From: the human T2T-CHM13v2.0 reference genome, Homo sapiens
Assembly: GCF_009914755.1 (NCBI RefSeq)
Contig: NC_060931.1
Reading direction: 5' to 3' (one strand)
Length of the DNA: 64,000 nucleotides
Each line of letters begins with the position of its first letter. Position 1 is the first letter of the stretch. This document shows, piece by piece, positions 53,601 to 64,000 of this stretch. The translations under genes were made by a program, and so were the position numbers. The notes beneath the pieces were generated by a model that saw only the letters and a list, made by a program, of their open reading frames with translations, did not search any database and was not told the DNA's origin.

Positions 53601-56600
53601 CTCACATAGTTTAACCTTTCTTTTCATAGAGCAGTTTGGAAACACTCTGTTTGTAAAGTCTGCAAGTGGATATATGGACCGCATTGAGGCCTTCGTTGGA
53701 AACGGGATTTCTTCATTTCATGCTAGACAGAAGAATTCTCAGTAACTTCTTTGTGCTGTGTGTATTCAACTCACAGAGTGGAACGTCCCTTTACACAGAG
53801 CAGATTTGAAACACTCTTTTTGTGGAGTTTGCAAGTGGAGATTTCAAGCGATTTGATGCCAACAGTAGAAAAGGAAATATCTTCAAATAAAAACTAGACA
53901 GAATCATTCTCAGAAACTACTTTGTGATGTGTGCCTTCAACTCACAGAGTTTAACCTTTCTTTTCTTAGAGCAGTTTAGAAACACTCTGCTTGTTATGTC
54001 TGCAAGGGGATATTTGGACCTCTTTGAGGCCTTCGTTGCAAACGTGGTTTCTTCCTTTCATGCTAGACTAAGAAGAGTTCTCAGTAACTTTTTTGTGTTG
54101 TGTGTATTCAACTCACAGAGTTGAACCTTGCTTTAGAGAGAGCAGATTTGAAACACTCTTGCTGTGGCATTTTCAGGTGGAGATTTCAAGCGATTTGAGG
54201 ACAATTGCAGAAAAGGAAATATCTTCGTATAATAACCAGACAGAATCATTCTCAGAAAGTGCTTTGTGATGTGTGCGTTCAACTCACAGAGTTTAACCTT
54301 TCTTTTCATAGAGGAGTTTGGAAACACACTGTTTGTAAAGTCTGCAAGTGGATATATGGACCTGTTTGAGGCCTTCGTTGGAAACGGGATTTCTTCATTG
54401 AATGCTAGACGGAAGAATTCTCAGTAAATTCTTTGTGTTGTGTGCATTCAACTCACAGAGTGGAACGTCCCTTTAGACAGAGCAGATTTGAAACCCTCTT
54501 TTTGCGGAATTTGCAAGTGGAGATTTCTAGCCATTTGATGCCAACAGTAGAAAGGGAAATATCTTCAAATAAAAACCAGACAGAATCATTCTCAGAAAAT
54601 TCTTTGTGATGTGTGCGTTCAACTCACATAGTTTAACCTTTCTTTTCATAGAGCAGTTTGGAAACATTCTGTTTGTAAAGTCTGCAAGTGGATATATGGA
54701 CCGCATTGAGGCCTTCGTTGGAAACGGGATTTCTTCATTTCATGCTAGACAGAAGAATTCTCAGTAACTTCTTTGTGCTGTGTGTATTCAACTCACAGAG
54801 TGGAACGTCCCTTTGCACAGAGCAGATTTGAAACACTCTTTTTGTGGAGTTTGCAAGTGGAGATTTCAAGCGATTTGATGCCAACAGTAGAAAAGGAAAT
54901 ATCTTCAAATAAAAACTAGACAGAATCATTCTCAGAAACTACTTTGTGATGTGTGCCTTCAACTCACAGAGTTTAACCTTTCTTTTCTTAGAGCAGTTTA
55001 GAAACACTCTGCTTGTTACGTCTGCAAGTGGATATTTGGACCTCTTTGAGGCCTTCGTTGCAAACGGGGTTTCTTCCTTTCATGCTAGACTAAGAAGAGT
55101 TCTCAGTAACTTTTTTGTGTTGTGTGTATTCAACTCACAGAGTTGAACCTTGCTTTAGAGAGAGCAGATTTGAAACACTCTTGCTGTGGCATTTTCAGGT
55201 GGAGATTTCAAGCGATTTGAGGACAATTGCAGAAAAGGAAATATCTTCGTATAATAACCAGACAGAATCATTCTCAGAAAGTGCTTTGTGATGTGTGCGT
55301 TCAACTCACAGAGTTTAACCTTTCTTTTCATAGAGGAGTTTGGAAACACACTGTTTGTAAAGTCTGCAAGTGGATATATGGACCTGTTTGAGGCCTTCGT
55401 TGGAAACGGGATTTCTTCATTGAATGCTAGACGGAAGAATTCTCAGTAAATTCTTTGTGTTGTGTGCATTCAACTCACAGAGTGGAACGTCCCTTTAGAC
55501 AGAGCAGATTTGAAACACTGTTTTTGCGGAATTTGCAAGTGGAGATTTCTAGCCATTTGATGCCAACAGTAGAAAGGGAAATATCTTCAAATAAAAACCA
55601 GACAGAATCATTCTCAGAAAATTCTTTGTGATGTGTGCGTTCAACTCACATAGTTTAACCTTTCTTTTCATAGAGCAGTTTGGAAACACTCTGTTTGTAA
55701 AGTCTGCAAGTGGATATATGGACCGCATTGAGGCCTTCGTTGGAAACGGGATTTCTTCATTTCATGCTAGACAGAAGAATTCTCAGTAACTTCTTTGTGC
55801 TGTGTGTATTCAACTCACAGAGTGGAACGTCCCTTTGCACAGAGCAGATTTGAAACACTCTTTTTGTGGAGTTTGCAAGTGGAGATTTCAAGCGATTTGA
55901 TGCCAACAGTAGAAAAGGAAATATCTTCAAATAAAAACTAGACAGAATCATTCTCAGAAACTACTTTGTGATGTGTGCCTTCAACTCACAGAGTTTAACC
56001 TTTCTTTTCTTAGAGCAGTTTAGAAACACCCTGCTTGTTATGTCTGCAAGGGGATATTTGGACCTCTTTGAGGCCTTCGTTGCAAACGTGGTTTCTTCCT
56101 TTCATGCTAGACTAAGAAGAGTTCTCAGTAACTTTTTTGTGTTGTGTGTATTCAACTCACAGAGTTGAACCTTGCTTTAGAGAGAGCAGATTTGAAACAC
56201 TCTTGCTGTGGCATTTTCAGGTGGAGATTTCAAGCGATTTGAGGACAATTGCAGAAAAGGAAATATCTTCGTATAATAACCAGACAGAATCATTCTCAGA
56301 AAGTGCTTTGTGATGTGTGCGTTCAACTCACAGAGTTTAACCTTTCTTTTCATAGAGGAGTTTGGAAACACACTGTTTGTAAAGTCTGCAAGTGGATATA
56401 TGGACCTGTTTGAGGCCTTCGTTGGAAACGGGATTTCTTCATTGAATGCTAGACGGAAGAATTCTCAGTAAATTCTTTGTGTTGTGTGCATTCAACTCAC
56501 AGAGTGGAACGTCCCTTTAGACAGAGCAGATTTGAAACACTCTTTTTGCGGAATTTGCAAGTGGAGATTTCTAGCCATTTGATGCCAACAGTAGAAAGGG

Positions 56601-59600
56601 AAATATCTTCAAATAAAAAACAGACAGAATCATTCTCAGAAAATTCTTTGTGATGTGTGCGTTCAACTCACATAGTTTAACCTTTCTTTTCATAGAGCAG
56701 TTTGGAAACACTCTGTTTGTAAAGTCTTCAAGTGGATATATGGACCGCATTGAGGCCTTCGTTGGAAACGGGATTTCTTCATTTCATGCTAGACAGAAGA
56801 ATTCTCAGTAACTTCTTTGTGCTGTGTGTATTCAACTCACAGAGTGGAACGTCCCTTTGCACAGAGCAGATTTGAAACACTCTTTTTGTGGAGTTTGCAA
56901 GTGGAGATTTCAAGCGATTTGATGCCAACAGTAGAAAAGGAAATATCTTCAAATAAAAACTAGACAGAATCATTCTCAGAAACTACTTTGTGATGTGTGC
57001 CTTCAACTCACAGAGTTTAACCTTTCTTTTCTTAGAGCAGTTTAGAAACACTCTGCTTGTTATGTCTGCAAGTGGATATTTGGACCTCTTTGAGGCCTTC
57101 GTTGCAAACGGGGTTTCTTCCTTTCATGCTAGACTAAGAAGAGTTCTCAGTAACTTTTTTGTGTTGTGTGTATTCAACTCACAGAGTTGAACCCTGCTTT
57201 AGAGAGAGCAGATTTGAAACACTCTTGCTGTGGCATTTTCAGGTGGAGATTTCAAGCGATTTGAGGACAATTGCAGAAAAGGAAATATCTTCGTATAATA
57301 ACCAGACAGAATCATTCTCAGAAAGTGCTTTGTGATGTGTGCGTTCAACTCACAGAGTTTAACCTTTCTTTTCATAGAGGAGTTTGGAAACACACTGTTT
57401 GTAAAGTCTGCAAGTGGATATATGGACCTGTTTGAGGCCTTCGTTGGAAACGGGATTTCTTCATTGAATGCTAGACGGAAGAATTCTCAGTAAATTCTTT
57501 GTGTTGTGTGCATTCAACTCACAGAGTGGAACGTCCCTTTAGACAGAGCAGATTTGAAACACTGTTTTTGCGGAATTTGCAAGTGGAGATTTCTAGCCAT
57601 TTGATGCCAACAGTAGAAAGGGAAATATCTTCAAATAAAAACCAGACAGAATCATTCTCAGAAAATTCTTTGTGATGTGTGCGTTCAACTCACATAGTTT
57701 AACCTTTCTTTTCATAGAGCAGTTTGGAAACACTCTGTTTGTAAAGTCTGCAAGTGGATATATGGACCGCATTGAGGCCTTCGTTGGAAACGGGATTTCT
57801 TCATTTCATGCTAGACAGAAGAATTCTCAGTAACTTCTTTGTGCTGTGTGCATTCAACTCACAGAGTGGAACGTCCCTTTGCACAGAGCAGATTTGAAAC
57901 ACTCTTTTTGTGGAGTTTGCAAGTGGAGATTTCAAGCGATTTGATGCCAACAGTAGAAAAGGAAATATCTTCAAATAAAAACTAGACAGAATCATTCTCA
58001 GAAACTACTTTGTGATGTGTGCCTTCAACTCACAGAGTTTAACCTTTCTTTTCTTAGAGCAGTTTAGAAACACTCTGCTTGTTATGTGTGCAAGGGGATA
58101 TTTGGACCTCTTTGAGGCCTTCGTTGCAAACGTGGTTTCTTCCTTTCATGCTAGACTAAGAAGAGTTCTCAGTAACTTTTTTGTGTTGTGTGTATTCAAC
58201 TCACAGAGTTGAACCTTGCATTAGAGAGAGCAGATTTGAAACACTCTTGCTGTGGCATTTTCAGGTGGAGATTTCAAGCGATTTGAGGACAATTGCAGAA
58301 AAGGAAATATCTTCGTATAATAACCAGACAGAATCATTCTCAGAAAGTGCTTTGTGATGTGTGCGTTCAACTCACAGAGTTTAACCTTTCTTTTCATAGA
58401 GGAGTTTGGAAACACACTGTTTGTAAACTCTGCAAGTGGATATATGGACCTGTTTGAGGCCTTCGTTGGAAACGGGATTTCTTCATTGAATGCTAGACGG
58501 AAGAATTCTCAGTAAATTCTTTGTGTTGTGTGCATTCAACTCACAGAGTGGAACGTCCCTTTAGACAGAGCAGATTTGAAACACTCTTTTTGCGGAATTT
58601 GCAAGTGGAGATTTCTAGCCATTTGATGCCAACAGTAGAAAGGGAAATATCTTCAAATAAAAAACAGACAGAATCATTCTCAGAAAATTCTTTGTGATGT
58701 GTGCGTTCAACTCACATAGTTTAACCTTTCTTTTCATAGAGCAGTTTGGAAACACTCTGTTTGTAAAGTCTGCAAGTGGATATATGGACCGCATTGAGGC
58801 CTTCGTTGGAAACGGGATTTCTTCATTTCATGCTAGACAGAAGAATTCTCAGTAACTTCTTTGTGCTGTGTGTATTCAACTCACAGAGTGGAACGTCCCT
58901 TTGCACAGAGCAGATTTGAAACACTCTTTTTGTGGAGTTTGCAAGTGGAGATTTCAAGCGATTTGATGCCAACAGTAGAAAAGGAAATATCTTCAAATAA
59001 AAACTAGACAGAATCATTCTCAGAAACTACTTTGTGATGTGTGCCTTCAACTCACAGAGTTTAACCTTTCTTTTCTTAGAGCAGTTTAGAAACACTCTGC
59101 TTGTTATGTCTGCAAGTGGATATTTGGACCTCTTTGAGGCCTTCGTTGCAAACGGGGTTTCTTCCTTTCATGCTAGACTAAGAAGAGTTCTCAGTAACTT
59201 TTTTGTGTTGTGTGTATTCAACTCACAGAGTTGAACCCTGCTTTAGAGAGAGCAGATTTGAAACACTCTTGCTGTGGCATTTTCAGGTGGAGATTTCAAG
59301 CGATTTGAGGACAATTGCAGAAAAGGAAATATCTTCGTATAATAACCAGACAGAATCATTCTCAGAAAGTGCTTTGTGATGTGTGCGTTCAACTCACAGA
59401 GTTTAACCTTTCTTTTCATAGAGGAGTTTGGAAACACACTGTTTGTAAAGTCTGCAAGTGGATATATGGACCTGTTTGAGGCCTTCGTTGGAAACGGGAT
59501 TTCTTCATTGAATGCTAGACGGAAGAATTCTCAGTAAATTCTTTGTGTTGTGTGCATTCAACTCACAGAGTGGAACGTCCCTTTAGACAGAGCAGATTTG

Positions 59601-62600
59601 AAACACTGTTTTTGCGGAAGTTGCAAGTGGAGATTTCTAGCCATTTGATGCCAACAGTAGAAAGGGAAATATCTTCAAATAAAAACCAGACAGAATCATT
59701 CTCAGAAAATTCTTTGTGATGTGGGCGTTCAACTCACATAGTTTAACCTTTCTTTTCATAGAGCAGTTTGGAAACACTCTGTTTGTAAAGTCTGCAAGTG
59801 GATATATGGACCGCATTGAGGCCTTCGTTGGAAACGGGATTTCTTCATTTCATGCTAGACAGAAGAATTCTCAGTAACTTCTTTGTGCAGTGTGTATTCA
59901 ACTCACAGAGTGGAACGTCCCTTTGCACAGAGCAGATTTGAAACACTCTTTTTGTGGAGTTTGCAAGTGGAGATTTCAAGCGATTTGATGCCAACAGTAG
60001 AAAAGGAAATATCTTCAAATAAAAACTAGACAGAATCATTCTCAGAAACTACTTTGTGATGTGTGCCTTCAACTCACAGAGTTTAACCTTTCTTTTCTTA
60101 GAGCAGTTTAGAAACACTGTGCTTGTTATGTCTGCAAGGGGATATTTGGACCTCTTTGAGGCCTTCGTTGCAAACGTGGTTTCTTCCTTTCATGCTAGAC
60201 TAAGAAGAGTTCTCAGTAACTTTTTTTTGTTGTGTGTATTCAACTCACAGAGTTGAACCTTGCTTTAGAGAGAGCAGATTTGAAACACTCTTGCTGTGGC
60301 ATTTTCAGGTGGAGATTTCAAGCGATTTGAGGACAATTGCAGAAAAGGAAATATCTTCGTATAATAACCAGACAGAATCATTCTCAGAAAGTGCTTTGTG
60401 ATGTGTGCGTTCAACTCACAGAGTTTAACCTTTCTTTTCATAGAGGAGTTTGGAAACACACTGTTTGTAAAGTCTGCAAGTGGATATATGGACCTGTTTG
60501 AGGCCTTCGTTGGAAACGGGATTTCTTCATTGAATGCTAGACGGAAGAATTCTCAGTAAATTCTTTGTGTTGTGTGCATTCAACTCACAGAGTGGAACGT
60601 CCCTTTAGACAGAGCAGATTTGAAACACTCTTTTTGCGGAATTTGCAAGTGGAGATTTCTAGCCATTTGATGCCAACAGTAGAAAGGGAAATATCTTCAA
60701 ATAAAAACCAGACAGAATCATTCTCAGAAAATTCTTTGTGATGTGTGCGTTCAACTCACATAGTTTAACCTTTCTTTTCATAGAGCAGTTTGGAAACACT
60801 CTGTTTGTAAAGTCTGCAAGTGGATATATGGACCGCATTGAGGCCTTCGTTGGAAACGGGATTTCTTCATTTCATGCTAGACAGAAGAATTCTCAGTAAC
60901 TTCTTTGTGCTGTGTGTATTCAACTCACAGAGTGGAACGTCCCTTTGCACAGAGCAGATTTGAAACACTCTTTTTGTGGAGTTTGCAAGTGGAGATTTCA
61001 AGCGATTTGATGCCAACAGTAGAAAAGGAAATATCTTCAAATAAAAACTAGACAGAATCATTCTCAGAAACTACTTTGTGATGTGTGCCTTCAACTCACA
61101 GAGTTTAACCTTTCTTTTCTTAGAGCAGTTTAGAAACACTCTGCTTGTTATGTCTGCAAGTGGATATTTGGACCTCTTTGAGGCCTTCGTTGCAAACGGG
61201 GTTTCTTCCTTTCATGCTAGACTAAGAAGAGTTCTCAGTAACTTTTTTGTGTTGTGTGTATTCAACTCACAGAGTTGAACCCTGCTTTAGAGAGAGCAGA
61301 TTTGAAACACTCTTGCTGTGGCATTTTCAGGTGGAGATTTCAAGCGATTTGAGGACAATTGCAGAAAAGGAAATATCTTCGTATAATAACCAGACAGAAT
61401 CATTCTCAGAAAGTGCTTTGTGATGTGTGCGTTCAACTCACAGAGTTTAACCTTTCTTTTCATAGAGGAGTTTGGAAACACACTGTTTGTAAAGTCTGCA
61501 AGTGGATATATGGACCTGTTTGAGGCCTTCGTTGGAAACGGGATTTCTTCATTGAATGCTAGACGGAAGAATTCTCAGTAAATTCTTTGTGTTGTGTGCA
61601 TTCAACTCACAGAGTGGAACGTCCCTTTAGACAGAGCAGATTTGAAACACTCTTTTTGCGGAATTTGCAAGTGGAGATTTCTAGCCATTTGATGCCAACA
61701 GTAGAAAGGGAAATATCTTCAAATAAAAACCAGACAGAATCATTCTCAGAAAATTCTTTGTGATGTGTGCGTTCAACTCACATAGTTTAACCTTTCTTTT
61801 CATAGAGCAGTTTGGAAACACTCTGTTTGTAAAGTCTGCAAGTGGATATATGGACCGCGTTGAGGCCTTCGTTGGAAACGGGATTTCTTCATTTCATGCT
61901 AGACAGAAGAATTCTCAGTAACTTCTTTGTGCTGTGTGTATTCAACTCACAGAGTGGAACGTCCCTTTACACAGAGCAGATTTGAAACACTCTTTTTGTG
62001 GAGTTTGCAAGTGGAGATTTCAAGCGATTTGATGCCAACAGTAGAAAAGGAAATATCTTCAAATAAAAACTAGACAGAATCATTCTCAGAAACTACTTTG
62101 TGATGTGTGCCTTCAACTCACAGAGTTTAACCTTTCTTTTCTTAGAGCAGTTTAGAAACACTCTGCTTGTTATGTCTGCAAGGGGATATTTGGACCTCTT
62201 TGAGGCCTTCGTTGCAAACGTGGTTTCTTCCTTTCATGCTAGACTAAGAAGAGTTCTCAGTAACTTTTTTGTGTTGTGTGTATTCAACTCACAGAGTTGA
62301 ACCTTGCTTTAGAGAGAGCAGATTTGAAACACTCTTGCTGTGGCATTTTCAGGTGGAGATTTCAAGCGATTTGAGGACAATTGCAGAAAAGGAAATATCT
62401 TCGTATAATAACCAGACAGAATCATTCTCAGAAAGTGCTTTGTGATGTGTGCGTTCAACTCACAGAGTTTAACCTTTCTTTTCATAGAGGAGTTTGGAAA
62501 CACACTGTTTGTAAAGTCTGCAAGTGGATATATGGACCTGTTTGAGGCCTTCGTTGGAAACGGGATTTCTTCATTGAATGCTAGACGGAAGAATTCTCAG

Positions 62601-64000
62601 TAAATTCTTTGTGTTGTGTGCATTCAACTCACAGAGTGGAACGTCCCTTTAGACAGAGCAGATTTGAAACCCTCTTTTTGCGGAATTTGCAAGTGGAGAT
62701 TTCTAGCCATTTGATGCCAACAGTAGAAAGGGAAATATCTTCAAATAAAAACCAGACAGAATCATTCTCAGAAAATTCTTTGTGATGTGTGCGTTCAACT
62801 CACATAGTTTAACCTTTCTTTTCATAGAGCAGTTTGGAAACATTCTGTTTGTAAAGTCTGCAAGTGGATATATGGACCGCATTGAGGCCTTCGTTGGAAA
62901 CGGGATTTCTTCATTTCATGCTAGACAGAAGAATTCTCAGTAACTTCTTTGTGCTGTGTGTATTCAACTCACAGAGTGGAACGTCCCTTTGCACAGAGCA
63001 GATTTGAAACACTCTTTTTGTGGAGTTTGCAAGTGGAGATTTCAAGCGATTTGATGCCAACAGTAGAAAAGGAAATATCTTCAAATAAAAACTAGACAGA
63101 ATCATTCTCAGAAACTACTTTGTGATGTGTGCCTTCAACTCACAGAGTTTAACCTTTCTTTTCTTAGAGCAGTTTAGAAACACTCTGCTTGTTACGTCTG
63201 CAAGTGGATATTTGGACCTCTTTGAGGCCTTCGTTGCAAACGGGGTTTCTTCCTTTCATGCTAGACTAAGAAGAGTTCTCAGTAACTTTTTTGTGTTGTG
63301 TGTATTCAACTCACAGAGTTGAACCTTGCTTTAGAGAGAGCAGATTTGAAACACTCTTGCTGTGGCATTTTCAGGTGGAGATTTCAAGCGATTTGAGGAC
63401 AATTGCAGAAAAGGAAATATCTTCGTATAATAACCAGACAGAATCATTCTCAGAAAGTGCTTTGTGATGTGTGCGTTCAACTCACAGAGTTTAACCTTTC
63501 TTTTCATAGAGGAGTTTGGAAACACACTGTTTGTAAAGTCTGCAAGTGGATATATGGACCTGTTTGAGGCCTTCGTTGGAAACGGGATTTCTTCATTGAA
63601 TGCTAGACGGAAGAATTCTCAGTAAATTCTTTGTGTTGTGTGCATTCAACTCACAGAGTGGAACGTCCCTTTAGACAGAGCAGATTTGAAACACTGTTTT
63701 TGCGGAATTTGCAAGTGGAGATTTCTAGCCATTTGATGCCAACAGTAGAAAGGGAAATATCTTCAAATAAAAACCAGACAGAATCATTCTCAGAAAATTC
63801 TTTGTGATGTGTGCGTTCAACTCACATAGTTTAACCTTTCTTTTCATAGAGCAGTTTGGAAACACTCTGTTTGTAAAGTCTGCAAGTGGATATATGGACC
63901 GCATTGAGGCCTTCGTTGGAAACGGGATTTCTTCATTTCATGCTAGACAGAAGAATTCTCAGTAACTTCTTTGTGCTGTGTGTATTCAACTCACAGAGTG
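44300..64000 (+). repeat. Tandem duplication of an 8-HOR block (period 8174 bp) plus a partial third copy
   Basis: Deletion with CGCTTT 44487/52661, TTCTA 44689/52863, CAATTG 45149/53323, GTGCATT 49677/57851, GCATTAG 50046/58220, and CATTCT 46493/54667/62843. Confidence 0.88.
45857..62223 (+). promoter_or_regulatory. Series of nine disrupted CENP-B box 3 copies (CGGG to CGTG) in alternate HORs
   Basis: CTTCGTTGCAAACGTGG starting at 45857, 47901, 49945, 51989, 54031, 56075, 58119, 60163 and 62207 (ANVV instead of ANGV in the ORF track). Confidence 0.9.

Larger units (their letters stand above)
1..64000 (+). repeat. Centromeric alpha-satellite higher-order repeat array (6-monomer, 1022 bp HOR, ~62.6 copies, single orientation)
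   Basis: Seen in sequence: canonical alphoid motifs (CATTCTCAGAAA, TTCAACTCACAGAG, GAGGCCTTCGTTGGAAACGGGA, GGAAATATCTTC) recur every ~171 bp. Near-identical sequence recurs every 1022 bp (ORF starts 786, 1808, 2830 ... 63122), with only three 1020 bp units. HOR copies differ by a few bases per kb, as expected for a homogenised active array. Confidence 0.99.
1..64000 (+). repeat. D7Z1: Probable identity: human chromosome 7 active centromeric array D7Z1 (SF1, J1/J2 dimer-based 6-mer)
   Basis: Established knowledge: D7Z1 is an SF1 ~1.0 kb 6-mer. Seen: EcoRI GAATTC at 255-260 and 595-600, with the third site changed to GAGTTC (340+682 bp fragments). GCTGTGGCATTTTCAGGTGG (1-20) and AGCGATTTGAGGACAATTGC (29-48) match chromosome 7 alphoid primers as I recall them. 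No database search was run. Confidence 0.85.

Noticed and set aside
60221-60228. Extended T run (TTTTTTTT) and other singleton substitutions such as 674, 2100, 8328, 14229, 28575, 39368 and 61859
   Set aside because: These are single-copy changes that cannot be told apart from ordinary mutation or consensus error without reads.
575-63525. About 170 short ORFs of 64-74 aa in three recurring families on both strands
   Set aside because: They are translations of alpha satellite that recur with the HOR period, are gained and lost by single substitutions, show no recognisable domain or gene structure, and resemble each other only because the monomers do.
1-64000. CRISPR-like regular repeat array
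   Set aside because: There are no unique spacers and no cas genes. The entire unit repeats, and the sequence is primate alphoid DNA.
1-64000. L1/Alu insertion, inversion or truncated HOR variants
   Set aside because: ORF spacing stays at 1022 bp (1020 three times) and orientation is constant across the window, leaving no room for such events.

Overview
The whole 64 kb window is one uninterrupted, head-to-tail array of primate centromeric alpha satellite. It holds about 62.6 copies of a 1022 bp higher-order repeat (HOR) built from six monomers of 169-171 bp, arranged as three ~340 bp dimers with a CENP-B box in every second monomer (suprachromosomal family 1 dimer organisation). The 6-mer size, the 340+682 bp EcoRI layout and diagnostic 20-mers fit the human chromosome 7 active array D7Z1. 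I saw no genes, RNA genes, transposon insertions or inversions. All listed ORFs are chance products of the repeat. The information is in the single-base variants between HOR copies. They show nested tandem duplications (14, 8/9 and 8 HORs), a haplotype switch at about 41-46 kb, recombinant HOR units, and from 45.8 kb onward a strict every-other-HOR alternation in which one specific CENP-B box loses an essential base, giving a cryptic 2044 bp 12-mer period. I found no evidence for a novel protein-coding system. Variant calls were made by eye with help from the ORF track, so some single-base variants may have been missed.
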